This document shows, piece by piece, positions 28,063 through 37,653 of a DNA stretch of 46,530 nt. Positions within the stretch are counted from its first letter, which is position 1; each line of letters opens with the position of its first letter. The stretch is from a virus. The notes below the pieces were generated by a model. The model did no database searches, was not told the origin of the DNA, and saw nothing but the letters and a program-made list of their open reading frames with translations. Location: positions 1-46,530 of the IMG/VR virus record IMGVR_UViG_3300038701_001117, one strand, 5' to 3'. The position numbers and the translations under genes are program-made.

Positions 28063-29324
28063 TACTTTTCCTCGAATAATTCACGGAACCCTTTATATAC
28101 ATCATGTAACCCAGTGGCCACGGAGGTTCCTATTTTGTCGTTATAGATTTCTTTGAGACTCTGCACTTGATGGATAAAGTTGGGACCAAAGCTTACATGT
28201 CCTGTTCCTCTTCCTATATTCAAGTAAGCTAAGAATTGTATTTTCTCCATGAGATTGTTTCTAAGTAGAGAATAAACTCTTGGGTTATCACTGTTCCAAT
28301 TTTCTCCGTCTCCAGTATACGCAATGTATATATTACTACTGTCACTATCGTAGTCTTTTTCTATGATGTCATTAATTAACTGGAACCCTGTGGAGATAAG
28401 TGTTCCTCCGGTATCTCTACCATAGAAGAATGTATGCTCATCTACTTCTTCTGCAGTACTATGGTGACGTATGAATCTAATATCTATATTTTTATATTCT
28501 CGTGATAAGAACAATAAGAAAAGATAAAAGAAATGCTTTGATATAGTTTTTTCTTTTTGACCTAATGACCCACTGACGTCCATTAACAAGAAGACTACAG
28601 CATGTTTAATAGGTTCAGGTTTAGTTACAAATCTACGATAGGATAAATCATGGTCAGTTAAATAGGCAGGTTTCTTTTTCTTAAGTAGTTCTATTTCTTC
28701 TAATAGTATTGCCTTTTTCTTTTTGTCAACTTCTTCTTCGTATGCTTTTTGTAACTCTTCAATGGAGCTCTTAATAGACCCTTTAAAAGGAATAGTTCTC
28801 TTCTTCTTTTCAAAGAAGGTCTTCTTCACATCTAGGTTTACAGGTATACTCTTTCTACAGAAGCCGGCTCGCTTTCTATTCATACGGACAAGCTTCTTAA
28901 TTCCTTTCTTCATAAAGTTAGGTAACCTGATTCGATCAAAATATAGGTCTACAAATTCTTGATGAGATAATATAAATTCAAAGTCATCTTCCCCTTCAGC
29001 AGAATCTCCTGCACCGTTCCCTGAACCTCCTCCGGCAGACCCCTTAGGTACTTTAATCTTATCCCGTTTGGAGAATTTATCATTACCGGACCTAATACCA
29101 CGATACACTCCTTCTCCTGGTTCGTAGTTCCATACAGGTTCTTTAATGGTGTCATGGGGTGCCTTAATGGTTTTTTCTTTACCTTTAACTAGGTCCTTAA
29201 GGTCCCCCTTGGTGATTAAGTCTTCCACCTTATCTTGTAGATAACGTTTCTGTCTCTCGATGAACTTACGTCTAGATAAATTATCTGTGTATTTAGCAGA
29301 CTTTCTTCTATCGATAATACTCAT
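28062..29324 (-). CDS. yeaH: YeaH/YhbH family protein (DUF444, vWA-like)
   Basis: N-terminus MSIIDRRKSAKYTDNLSRRKFIERQKRYL typical of DUF444; MIDAS-like LLMDVSGSLG; 420 aa; start overlaps the prkA stop by 1 nt. Confidence 0.75.
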   Translation of the reverse strand: MSIIDRRKSAKYTDNLSRRKFIERQKRYLQDKVEDLITKGDLKDLVKGKEKTIKAPHDTIKEPVWNYEPGEGVYRGIRSGNDKFSKRDKIKVPKGSAGGGSGNGAGDSAEGEDDFEFILSHQEFVDLYFDRIRLPNFMKKGIKKLVRMNRKRAGFCRKSIPVNLDVKKTFFEKKKRTIPFKGSIKSSIEELQKAYEEEVDKKKKAILLEEIELLKKKKPAYLTDHDLSYRRFVTKPEPIKHAVVFLLMDVSGSLGQKEKTISKHFFYLFLLFLSREYKNIDIRFIRHHSTAEEVDEHTFFYGRDTGGTLISTGFQLINDIIEKDYDSDSSNIYIAYTGDGENWNSDNPRVYSLLRNNLMEKIQFLAYLNIGRGTGHVSFGPNFIHQVQSLKEIYNDKIGTSVATGLHDVYKGFRELFEEK

Positions 29325-31234
29325 TAGCTGTTAACCTTCTTCCGGTTATACCAAGCATATAGGATTTTTGTTTGTCTTGGAGTATATCCTTTCTTCTCCA
29401 TATTCTTGACGAACTTACCCCATTCCTTATTCTTCTCATTTAAGTCCGAAGAGAGTGCTGGGATTAAGCTTTCTGTTTCTTTAAATAACTTCTTCTCTAT
29501 AGCCTCAGCTAACTTCTTATATTCTCTCCAGTTAGGATTCTCTCCTTTATGAGAACTTCTATAGCGTAATACAAAGTTAACAACTTCATGTCTGAAATCC
29601 TTGACGTTAACAATACCTGCTATCTTTTCTATTTCTTCCAGTTCAGCGTTCAACGCTTCTCGGTTATACATTTCCTGAGTATCAGGGTCTCGGTAGTCCT
29701 GCTCTTCAATGAACGCATCAGCATATGTGATGTATTGATTAAATAGTGTTTGTGCATATTCATGATATGAATCCATGAGACATAACCTAATTTGTTTACC
29801 AATCGTTTCAAAGAACTTACTCTCCAGCGCCTCTGCTATAGACTTATATGCTTCAGTGTCCTCTTTAAATACTCCAGTATTAATATACTTATCTATTACT
29901 GCCAACATATGTACAGGGTTAGCAGATACTTCTTCGGAGTCGAAGTTGAATACCTTTGATATAATCTTGAAAGCCTGTCTTGTTGATGTACCTTTAAAGG
30001 CTTCTTTTAAATGTTGTTCTTTATATTCAAAACAAGATTTAATATCTTTGTATTGATCTTTTATGTTATCACCATTATAGATTAACATTTTTCTCCAGAG
30101 CTCGTTTACATCATCATATTCTAAACGTGTAGCCACACAGAACTTAGATAAAATATCTAGTGTAGCAGGTGCACATGGGGCATCTTTTAAATGACTATGA
30201 CCTAAAAGCTTTTTGTATATTTTAATCTCTTCACTATATCGTGTACAATAAGGAACATCGACAATGCAGATTCTATCTAGGAAAGCTTCATTGTCTCTAT
30301 TGTTCTTAAATGTATCCCACTCTGATTCATTCGAGTGAGCTAATATGATACCATCAAAAGGTACTGCTCCAATACCATCTTCTGATGGATTGTAGTTCCC
30401 TTCTTGTGTAGCAGTTAATAGAGGGTGAAGAACTTGTCGTGGTGCTTTAAACATCTCAACAAATTCCATCACACCCCTATTACCTCTACATAGTCCCCCA
30501 CTAAAACTATAAGCATCTGGATCATTTTGACTAAACATTTCTAGTTTTCTTAAATCAATTTTCCCTACGAGAGTAGAAATGTCTTGGTTGTTTTCGTCAC
30601 CTGGCTCTACTTTTTTGATCGCCTGCTGATAGATTTTATTAGGAAACATTTTTACAACTTTGAACTTAGTAATATCTTCATTGAATTCTTTAATTCGCTT
30701 CACTGCCCAGGGGGACAGAAGTCCTGTTAGCTTATGTGCAGGTATATTTAGTTCCTCTGCGTTCTCAGGGAGAAAGAGACCTAAAGGAGATTCAAAAACA
30801 GGGGAAATCTTAAGACCTGTTTCCGTCTCCACGGCTAGAGTATAAAAAGGTTCTTTCTCCATTAGCTCTTTAATTCTTTCTGCGATAGAAGATTTAGCAG
30901 AGCCTACAGGCCCTAGTAAATATAGTACTTGTTTCTTCTCTTCCAAGCCTTGAGCAGCATGTTTAAAATAGGAAACAATATTCTCTATTACTTCTTCCAT
31001 ACCATAAAAATCGTTGAATACAGGATATGTTTTAATAACTCTCTTCTCGAAAATAGTTCCTAGTTTAGAGTCTTTTGCGGTGTCAACCAATACTGGTTCA
31101 CCTATCGCATGTAACAACCTCTCATGAGCTGACCGGTAGCATGCTGGGTCTTTCTTTGCTAAATCTAAGAAATCCTCCAAGGACATTACATCCATTTTTG
31201 TTTTGAATCGCTCATTAAATTTTGTTAACTTCAT
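29324..31234 (-). CDS. prkA: PrkA/YeaG family AAA+ protein (so-called serine protein kinase)
   Basis: 636 aa; P-loop region LYLLGPVGSAKSSIAERIKELME; overall length and N-terminal FLDLAKKDP...SAHERL pattern match the PrkA family. Confidence 0.8.
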   Translation of the reverse strand: MKLTKFNERFKTKMDVMSLEDFLDLAKKDPACYRSAHERLLHAIGEPVLVDTAKDSKLGTIFEKRVIKTYPVFNDFYGMEEVIENIVSYFKHAAQGLEEKKQVLYLLGPVGSAKSSIAERIKELMEKEPFYTLAVETETGLKISPVFESPLGLFLPENAEELNIPAHKLTGLLSPWAVKRIKEFNEDITKFKVVKMFPNKIYQQAIKKVEPGDENNQDISTLVGKIDLRKLEMFSQNDPDAYSFSGGLCRGNRGVMEFVEMFKAPRQVLHPLLTATQEGNYNPSEDGIGAVPFDGIILAHSNESEWDTFKNNRDNEAFLDRICIVDVPYCTRYSEEIKIYKKLLGHSHLKDAPCAPATLDILSKFCVATRLEYDDVNELWRKMLIYNGDNIKDQYKDIKSCFEYKEQHLKEAFKGTSTRQAFKIISKVFNFDSEEVSANPVHMLAVIDKYINTGVFKEDTEAYKSIAEALESKFFETIGKQIRLCLMDSYHEYAQTLFNQYITYADAFIEEQDYRDPDTQEMYNREALNAELEEIEKIAGIVNVKDFRHEVVNFVLRYRSSHKGENPNWREYKKLAEAIEKKLFKETESLIPALSSDLNEKNKEWGKFVKNMEKKGYTPRQTKILYAWYNRKKVNS

Positions 31235-31243
31235 TATTATCTC

Positions 31244-31717
31244 CTAACTTTGTAGTTCTTTAAGGTCGTTATTACCAGTATTATAGACTAATATGTATAT
31301 ATTAGCAAGTATATGAAACTCATGAGATACCTTACTCTCGTCGTCAATTAACTCACCTGATAAATATTTAAATAAATGTCTCCCTATAGCATCCATAATA
31401 TCCGATACCTTTAAAGTATTCTTATATGAAAACAAACCATATTTCGCTGCTCCAAGTTTTGACACTTTAATAATACTTGATAAAATTTCTTCCAATGTAT
31501 ATTTAGTACGTAGATACTCAAATAGATATCTATGAATTTCTTTAATGAATAAATTAATATCTTCGAATTTATCCTGTATAAATAGCTCCAGTAGTCTTTC
31601 GTAATTCAAAGAAAATTCTATTAAAGGTCTATCTGCGTTGACCGCTACAGCAAGCGGACTCATATACATATATCGAGCTGGTGGCTTTTGGGTTCCGTTT
31701 TTTATAGTATTAACCAT
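31244..31717 (-). CDS. DUF5664-like protein (dATP/dGTP pyrophosphohydrolase N-terminal-domain-like)
   Basis: GAAKYG...DAIGRHLFKYLSGELIDDESKVSHEFHILANIYIL matches the GAxKYG...RH...D.ESG..H...N pattern as recalled. Confidence 0.45.
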   Translation of the reverse strand: MVNTIKNGTQKPPARYMYMSPLAVAVNADRPLIEFSLNYERLLELFIQDKFEDINLFIKEIHRYLFEYLRTKYTLEEILSSIIKVSKLGAAKYGLFSYKNTLKVSDIMDAIGRHLFKYLSGELIDDESKVSHEFHILANIYILVYNTGNNDLKELQS

Positions 31718-32091
31718 TAGATAACCTCCTCTAATTCAGGCAATATATCTAAAGGGTCTACATAATCTATAGGCATCCCTGCCGCCGTTGCTATTTTAAT
31801 TTCAGCCTGAACACCTTTTGATTCCTCCCATCCTGGGAGTTTCATTACCATTAACTTGTCACATTTTAATAACATTAATCTATCATGTTCACCCCAATAG
31901 TTCCAACCTGAGTTGTCTATTCCAAAATCAGCGTAGGAAGCAGATTCAGTTATAGGACCAAAAATATGATGACCATCTTGAATTAATTTTGTACCTAAAG
32001 CAGTGACAAGACTCCATCGTAATCTTTCCACCCACTTATCAGGATGGGAATAAGGGGAGGCTAAATATATTAAAGGTTTATCGGTACTCAT
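31717..32091 (-). CDS. DUF1937 / nucleoside 2-deoxyribosyltransferase-like protein
   Basis: LIYLASPYSHPD...FGPITES matches the family N-terminal signature. Confidence 0.5.
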   Translation of the reverse strand: MSTDKPLIYLASPYSHPDKWVERLRWSLVTALGTKLIQDGHHIFGPITESASYADFGIDNSGWNYWGEHDRLMLLKCDKLMVMKLPGWEESKGVQAEIKIATAAGMPIDYVDPLDILPELEEVI

Positions 32092-32098
32092 ATTGATC

Positions 32099-34222
32099 TC
32101 ACTCTTTCAACTCTAACCATGTCTTACCTAAATCATAGTCTACTTTTAGGCCTATGTCAACTTTTTCCCCGAATAATTCCTCATATACTTTATCAGTTGT
32201 CTCGAAGAAATCCCGTATATAATTTATTGCCCATTCAAGATATTCGTCTTTGCAATCAAATTTTATGTCATCATGAGTTTCATTGATAATTAATATTTTA
32301 TCTCTATGATGCTGCAGAGCCCTAAAGAGCCTTCCTACCATCATGTTTACCAGATCAGTAGCGGTACCTTGAATAGGGAAGTTAAGGACACTGGGTTCAT
32401 GGTATCGGCCCCAGACGCCTCTTTTTGTATCCATAAACTTCTTCTCAAAAGTATAACGTTTCCCTGTACAAGTGGTCCACCATCCTGTTGTCTTTTTAAT
32501 ATCTTTAGATTTCCTAATGCTTCTTTTATCTGTCATTAAGATAGGAGCCTCTTCAGGATAAGTTCTCTCATTGTCCTCAATAAAGGACTTACAGATAGCC
32601 AGGTATTGCTGTACTTCAGGGTAACGTTGTTTCTTTTCTTTTAATACTCTCTCCGCTTGCTCATATGTAACCCCACTATTCCTCACTAACGTAGCAGGGT
32701 AGGCCCCATATTGAATGGCAAACGTAATTCCTTTTCCTGGTCTTGTTCGTTTCTGCTTAAATTCATTATGCTTAGGATGTTCAGGATTGATGTACCCTTC
32801 ATAGAATTCTTCATACGGGATACCGAGAGCTAGAGCAGCATGTAGACAATGCTGGTCCAATCCTTTATTTAAGTCCTCTCTAAGCTTCGGACATTTAGTT
32901 ATGAAGGCTTGTATATATACTTCTAATTGAGAGAAGTCAAAACATAGTAAAGTACCTTTATCTTTCCATCGACTATTAAAACACCGACCTAATTCTGCTT
33001 TAGGTATATTCTGAACGTTAGGGTTCTCAGAGGAGAGACGTCCAGTAGGGGGTGATTTTGTATCACTGGAAGAATGGTAACCTACACATACTTTATATTC
33101 ACCATGAATATTCTTGGTATATGGATTCCAACAGTTTTCATATTTATTATAGAATTGTATTTGCTTTTCAAGTTTCCTGTATTTAATAAATAGTTTTCCT
33201 TCTGGGAATGTTTTCAAGGTGTTATCATCCGTACTAAAAATCCCCTGTTTCTTTTTAGGCTCTATATCTGTAGTATCGATTTGATATCCTTTAATATAAA
33301 ATTCTTTCTGCTGGTTCTTATATTTTATCTGTCCAGCTTTCTGTGCTTTTTCCCCATAGCGGATATACTCCCCTTTCTCATTGAGACATGGAACTTTTTC
33401 TACTATTTTAAAAGGGCCACCATACAATAACTTACTAAGATGTTCTGAGCTATTTACATCGAACTCAACTTTATCGGAAGGCCAGTCACTTATGCTTACA
33501 AACTTCTTGATATCCTCGACGACCTGGGCCTTGGTTGCCTCTAGTTTCTTTCTTCGTTGTTTTAATACGTCAATATCTACAGACAATCCATTATACTCCA
33601 TCTCGATAACAGCAAGTAGATGTTCTAAGTATATATCTTGTATCAAAGTTAATTGACCCTGCTTCCTTGCTCTTCTTAATTGTTGTAGATAAACATGTTC
33701 TGTTAAGATAACATCAGTTAAAGCATAGGTTGTATATTCTTTTAATCCTAAACAATCGATAATCTGATTCGTAGTCTTAGGCTCTATTCCTAGCTTCTTG
33801 TCTCCTTTATACATATCTTTCACTGGGTCGTACTTACCTTCACAGCCATAACGCTTACTTACAACATCTAAATTATACTGGAGGAGTTTGTTTTGCCCTT
33901 CTAGGAGGTAGTCAGCTAACATCGTGTCCCATATTTTTCCTCCCCTTTTCAAGAACTCCTGGATATTTTTATTACCCCATAACCACAGTAAATCAAATTT
34001 AATATTATGACCAACAATTATCTGGATATCCTTTAGGTTAATGTCTATATCCCGAGAGATACCTTCAGGGCCATTGTATTTATAGAAGGCGTCTCTTCCT
34101 TGCGTCTTACCTTGCATCATTATAATATCATGAGAAGGCTCAAGAGGATCACAGAATCGATCCCTTACTGTCCTTCCTTCTGTTTCTAAATCAAGTACAA
34201 GATATTTCATAATGTTGTCCAA
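32099..34222 (-). CDS. Family A DNA polymerase with 3'-5' exonuclease domain
   Basis: Exo I VLDLETEG, Exo II HNIKFDLLWL, Exo III YALTDV; SSENPNVQNIP; motif A DFSQLEVYI; motif B RTRPGKGITFAIQYG; motif C ETHDDI. Confidence 0.9.
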   Translation of the reverse strand: MDNIMKYLVLDLETEGRTVRDRFCDPLEPSHDIIMMQGKTQGRDAFYKYNGPEGISRDIDINLKDIQIIVGHNIKFDLLWLWGNKNIQEFLKRGGKIWDTMLADYLLEGQNKLLQYNLDVVSKRYGCEGKYDPVKDMYKGDKKLGIEPKTTNQIIDCLGLKEYTTYALTDVILTEHVYLQQLRRARKQGQLTLIQDIYLEHLLAVIEMEYNGLSVDIDVLKQRRKKLEATKAQVVEDIKKFVSISDWPSDKVEFDVNSSEHLSKLLYGGPFKIVEKVPCLNEKGEYIRYGEKAQKAGQIKYKNQQKEFYIKGYQIDTTDIEPKKKQGIFSTDDNTLKTFPEGKLFIKYRKLEKQIQFYNKYENCWNPYTKNIHGEYKVCVGYHSSSDTKSPPTGRLSSENPNVQNIPKAELGRCFNSRWKDKGTLLCFDFSQLEVYIQAFITKCPKLREDLNKGLDQHCLHAALALGIPYEEFYEGYINPEHPKHNEFKQKRTRPGKGITFAIQYGAYPATLVRNSGVTYEQAERVLKEKKQRYPEVQQYLAICKSFIEDNERTYPEEAPILMTDKRSIRKSKDIKKTTGWWTTCTGKRYTFEKKFMDTKRGVWGRYHEPSVLNFPIQGTATDLVNMMVGRLFRALQHHRDKILIINETHDDIKFDCKDEYLEWAINYIRDFFETTDKVYEELFGEKVDIGLKVDYDLGKTWLELKE

Positions 34223-34527
34223 TACTTATCATGTACTTCTTGTCCTACCAGTTCTTCCCAACTAGCTATATCTTCTAAAAGTTCATCCTCTAGTTGTGGA
34301 TATTCATCTATTGCTTCTTTTACAACTTCATATAACACTTTCCATCCCTCACTTAACGGTGGGTAATGAAACTTAGATTTCCTATCATACATCCCTTCAT
34401 ATCGAATACTTCCATACTTTTCTTTTGAAGATAATGAATAACCTTTTTTATCCATCTCTTTAGAAATATATTCTTCAGCATCTCTAAGATCGTCCCAATG
34501 TTCCCAATCATCACCCCAATAATGCAT
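34207..34527 (-). CDS. Hypothetical Trp/acidic-rich protein
   Basis: 106-aa ORF overlapping the pol start. Confidence 0.5.
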   Translation of the reverse strand: MHYWGDDWEHWDDLRDAEEYISKEMDKKGYSLSSKEKYGSIRYEGMYDRKSKFHYPPLSEGWKVLYEVVKEAIDEYPQLEDELLEDIASWEELVGQEVHDKYWTTL

Positions 34528-34832
34528 TAGTCTTCCTCCTCGTATTCAGATAATTCTATAATATCACCCAGACTAAAGAACAAACGTCTCGTATATTCTA
34601 GTCCTCCGTCAACAGCAATCCCATGGAGTCCTTCATACATCTCTTTAAACTTACTGTCTTTATATATATTTTTTGCATCTAAGTCAGGTCTAGTGTCAAG
34701 ATAGTCATCTATAGCTTTATGAGACTCAGAGTAACACTTACAGACATTGAAGTGGTGTCTATGAGTAGATTCAATAATCTCGTTACAGTTTCTACACTGG
34801 GCTTTATTTGATATCAACTTTTTCGTGGACAT
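34527..34832 (-). CDS. Zinc-ribbon-like hypothetical protein
   Basis: CRNCNEIIESTHRHHFNVCKC ... VDGGLEYTRR. Confidence 0.5.
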   Translation of the reverse strand: MSTKKLISNKAQCRNCNEIIESTHRHHFNVCKCYSESHKAIDDYLDTRPDLDAKNIYKDSKFKEMYEGLHGIAVDGGLEYTRRLFFSLGDIIELSEYEEED

Positions 34833-34980
34833 AATATTTCTTCTCTCTTTTGTCTACTTTTGCTATGGTCCCTATATCAAAATCATGATACAGTATCATA
34901 CCTTCTGTGGCATATATATGAACAGGATTCTCATAAAGCTTTAGAAACTTATCAAATTTCTTTCTACTTATCTCTTTCAT
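34804..34980 (-). CDS. Hypothetical 58-aa protein (below the ORF-track cutoff)
   Basis: Hand-translated MKEISRKKFDKFLKLYENPVHIYATEGMILYHDFDIGTIAKVDKREKKYYVHEKVDIK. Its ATG forms an ATGA overlap with the stop of 34977..35570, and it fills an otherwise empty gap. Confidence 0.4.
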   Translation of the reverse strand: MKEISRKKFDKFLKLYENPVHIYATEGMILYHDFDIGTIAKVDKREKKYYVHEKVDIK

Positions 34981-35570
34981 TTCTTACTCCTCTTAAAATG
35001 TCTACGTATTCTAGTTTTAATATCCTTATCCTCCGCATGTACGTAGATATCTTTATCCTTTATTATTTTCTCGCATTCTTCCTCTGTTAAAAACGGGCAA
35101 TGGTATTCTTTAAAATAACCATGAATCCATTTATTAGTATGTTGAATTAGAGATGTTAGTTCGTTTCCTTTACCGTAGTGGCCTCCTGAATAATTATGAA
35201 ACATTAAAAACGTCCTTTTATTCATACTTAATGAATCACCTGCCAAGGCTAATGTAGCGTGCGCCGAATAACAAGGAGCATCTACAGCCATATGTACTTT
35301 GGCTTTCGATGCATTGATGGCAGATACTATTGATATCAACCCATGACAGTCTCCGCCATACCCAGATAAATAAAACGTAACCACATCAGTTGATGCAGTG
35401 GTTCTAAGTACATGTCGTAAATCTCTATATGTTTCTGCTGTTTCAATATTATTAGAAAGATATATATGTATATAATTTTTACCTGCAACAGGTATTTTCT
35501 TTATAACTACAGGAGCTTCATCGTCACTATCGAAATCTTCTATATTTTCTTTTTCATGAGCATCAGTCAT
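34977..35570 (-). CDS. ClpP/S49-like serine-protease-fold protein, paralog A
   Basis: VTFYLSGYGGDCHGL...CYSAHATLALAGD...LMFHNYSGG parallels ClpP INSPGG...AASMG...MIHQP; clearly paralogous to 39709..40401. Confidence 0.5.
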   Translation of the reverse strand: MTDAHEKENIEDFDSDDEAPVVIKKIPVAGKNYIHIYLSNNIETAETYRDLRHVLRTTASTDVVTFYLSGYGGDCHGLISIVSAINASKAKVHMAVDAPCYSAHATLALAGDSLSMNKRTFLMFHNYSGGHYGKGNELTSLIQHTNKWIHGYFKEYHCPFLTEEECEKIIKDKDIYVHAEDKDIKTRIRRHFKRSKK

Positions 35571-35581
35571 TGCTTTCTCCT

Positions 35582-36844
35582 TTAATCCTCGAATCTACTA
35601 ACATGTGGTTTTAATACACAGGTAAATTTACCTGTTCCACCATTATGTTTGCATCTATCGACTTTAATATTTCTTACATTCTCAATATCATTTGAACACC
35701 CAATACCGATAATAATATCTGTGTTGGCCTGCTTATCTACATTGGACCAGAACGCATCACTTGAACTTATCCATTCTTTGTATTTCTCTGTCTTCTCTAT
35801 TGTATCCCAATACTTACCTCCACCATTAGCCTGGGTCACTCCTATAACAGGAGCATATGTTTGAGCGATTTCTCTTATCTTACCGTAGATATCGTCATAA
35901 GGTCTAGGGCTATTATTCTTCATCTTAGATGGAATAATCTTGTCTACTTGGTCTATTATAATTAAACCAGGGTTGTATTGTTTACATTTCTGTTCTATAA
36001 ACCTAAGAGTCTTCCCTGATGTGTTAATTAGTTCAATATGATTTCCCCTTAATTCCAGATATCTTTCTTGAACCTTCTCTATATTATTACGTAAATATTT
36101 ATTAAAGTTCTCCTCCGGGATTGCTTTTTGATTTATCAATGCAGCTAGCAGTCTCTTTCTAATCTTCTTATTACTTTGTTCATTATTAAAATATAATACT
36201 TTCTTATTAGGCTCCAGTTGTTTTAACATATAGGTAGCCTCACTTACGACGAAGGCTGTCTTCCCGCTGTCATATCCTGCTATCACTAAACAGAAGCTTT
36301 CTTTATCTAATCCTTCTGTGATTCTATTGAGACCATCTAGTCTCCATTGTAGAAAATCTTCTTTATCCTCTTTTATTAAGGTTTTTAAATCATGGGTATA
36401 TAAGTCCTCGTCTTTGTTAGTCTCCTCTGCTAATCGTTGTTCATTGAATTTTAATAAGAGGTCTTCCATCTTAAATGTGTCAAACCCATCCTTCTTTATT
36501 GCAGATAATGTGTCCCACAATACCTTCTTCTGCAATTCTTTTATTGTTTCCTCAGTGTCAACTACAGGAGTCTCGTGGACTCTACTAAATAAACTTTTAT
36601 AGTATGCAGTATCGTTATCATCCATATTAGAATGTAACGACGAAAAGAAAAAAGGTACGAAGGTTTTAAGTTGTATATTCTTATTCTTCTTCTGATTATA
36701 CCACTCTTCGTACCCTTCTAAAATAACCTTAGCTTCATCGGAGATAGATTGTGTATTTACAATCGAGAGGTACTTATAGTAATTATCCCTCTCTGTAAAT
36801 ATTTTCAATAAAGCTAGGTCTAACTCTGGGTTAATTGTTCTCAT
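35582..36844 (-). CDS. Replicative DNA helicase (T7 gp4C/DnaB-like)
   Basis: Walker A IAGYDSGKTAF, Walker B LIIIDQVDKI, followed by GVTQANGGG. Confidence 0.8.
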   Translation of the reverse strand: MRTINPELDLALLKIFTERDNYYKYLSIVNTQSISDEAKVILEGYEEWYNQKKNKNIQLKTFVPFFFSSLHSNMDDNDTAYYKSLFSRVHETPVVDTEETIKELQKKVLWDTLSAIKKDGFDTFKMEDLLLKFNEQRLAEETNKDEDLYTHDLKTLIKEDKEDFLQWRLDGLNRITEGLDKESFCLVIAGYDSGKTAFVVSEATYMLKQLEPNKKVLYFNNEQSNKKIRKRLLAALINQKAIPEENFNKYLRNNIEKVQERYLELRGNHIELINTSGKTLRFIEQKCKQYNPGLIIIDQVDKIIPSKMKNNSPRPYDDIYGKIREIAQTYAPVIGVTQANGGGKYWDTIEKTEKYKEWISSSDAFWSNVDKQANTDIIIGIGCSNDIENVRNIKVDRCKHNGGTGKFTCVLKPHVSRFED

Positions 36845-37547
36845 TTAAACTCTCGTTAATTAATTCTTTTATTCTATCATTTGAATAGAACTTCGGATCA
36901 TGTTCTGTTTCAATATGTTTAACGTCACATGATAATCTTAGACTATTTTGTATCTTTTGTCTACCTTTTTGCCCTGCTTCGTCTCCATCCATCCATATAA
37001 TAAATTTGTGACCTCGTTTAAACAAGAAGGTTCGTAAGTCATCATTAATGGAACATCCTAGTAATGCTATGGCGCTATTGTTCTGCCCTACTTTAATGGC
37101 GCTGATTATGTCCTCTACTAGCACAATGTATTCAGATGAGGGGCGATTCACTACATAAGGATATTTCTTACCCCAAGGGAATTTTTTACATTTGGTAATC
37201 CATTTAGGTTGTGATAAACCTATGAACCTGGCTTGATATCCTACTAGCTCCCCGTCTGGTTTCCTAATAGGGAATATAAGCCTCTTCATCTTAGGGGAGA
37301 AATATATATTATTCCAATCTTTTAAAGAATACTTCACTAAGAAATCTTGATATAACTTAGGAATATCGGGAGTTATATCTGATGGTAGTTTCCCGTCCCA
37401 TTCGTCTTCTATCTTATCTGTGAAGGTAAATGTCACGCGACGTGGCTTATAGTACCCGCAGGCGAAACATTTTGAACCTTTGTCTCCAATAGAGAACCCG
37501 TCACTAGAAGGGCATACGGGACAGGGAATATGAGTTTTATACCACAC
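36831..37547 (-). CDS. DNA primase (zinc finger + TOPRIM)
   Basis: CPVCPSSDG...CFACGY zinc motif; TOPRIM IVLVEDIISA and IIWMDGDEAGQKG; GTG start. Confidence 0.8.
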   Translation of the reverse strand: MWYKTHIPCPVCPSSDGFSIGDKGSKCFACGYYKPRRVTFTFTDKIEDEWDGKLPSDITPDIPKLYQDFLVKYSLKDWNNIYFSPKMKRLIFPIRKPDGELVGYQARFIGLSQPKWITKCKKFPWGKKYPYVVNRPSSEYIVLVEDIISAIKVGQNNSAIALLGCSINDDLRTFLFKRGHKFIIWMDGDEAGQKGRQKIQNSLRLSCDVKHIETEHDPKFYSNDRIKELINESLNENN

Positions 37548-37653
37548 GATAAAAATCTCCTACTAAACCTTGTGATTCAAAAATGATACACAGGGCATAT
37601 ATTAGTATAATAATTAACCATGGTACCATCACTGATATTAAGAATTTCTTCAT
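37537..37653 (-). CDS. 38-aa hydrophobic mini-protein
   Basis: Hand-translated MKKFLISVMVPWLIIILIYALCIIFESQGLVGDFYRVV; TAATG coupling with the upstream ORF. Confidence 0.3.
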   Translation of the reverse strand: MKKFLISVMVPWLIIILIYALCIIFESQGLVGDFYRVV

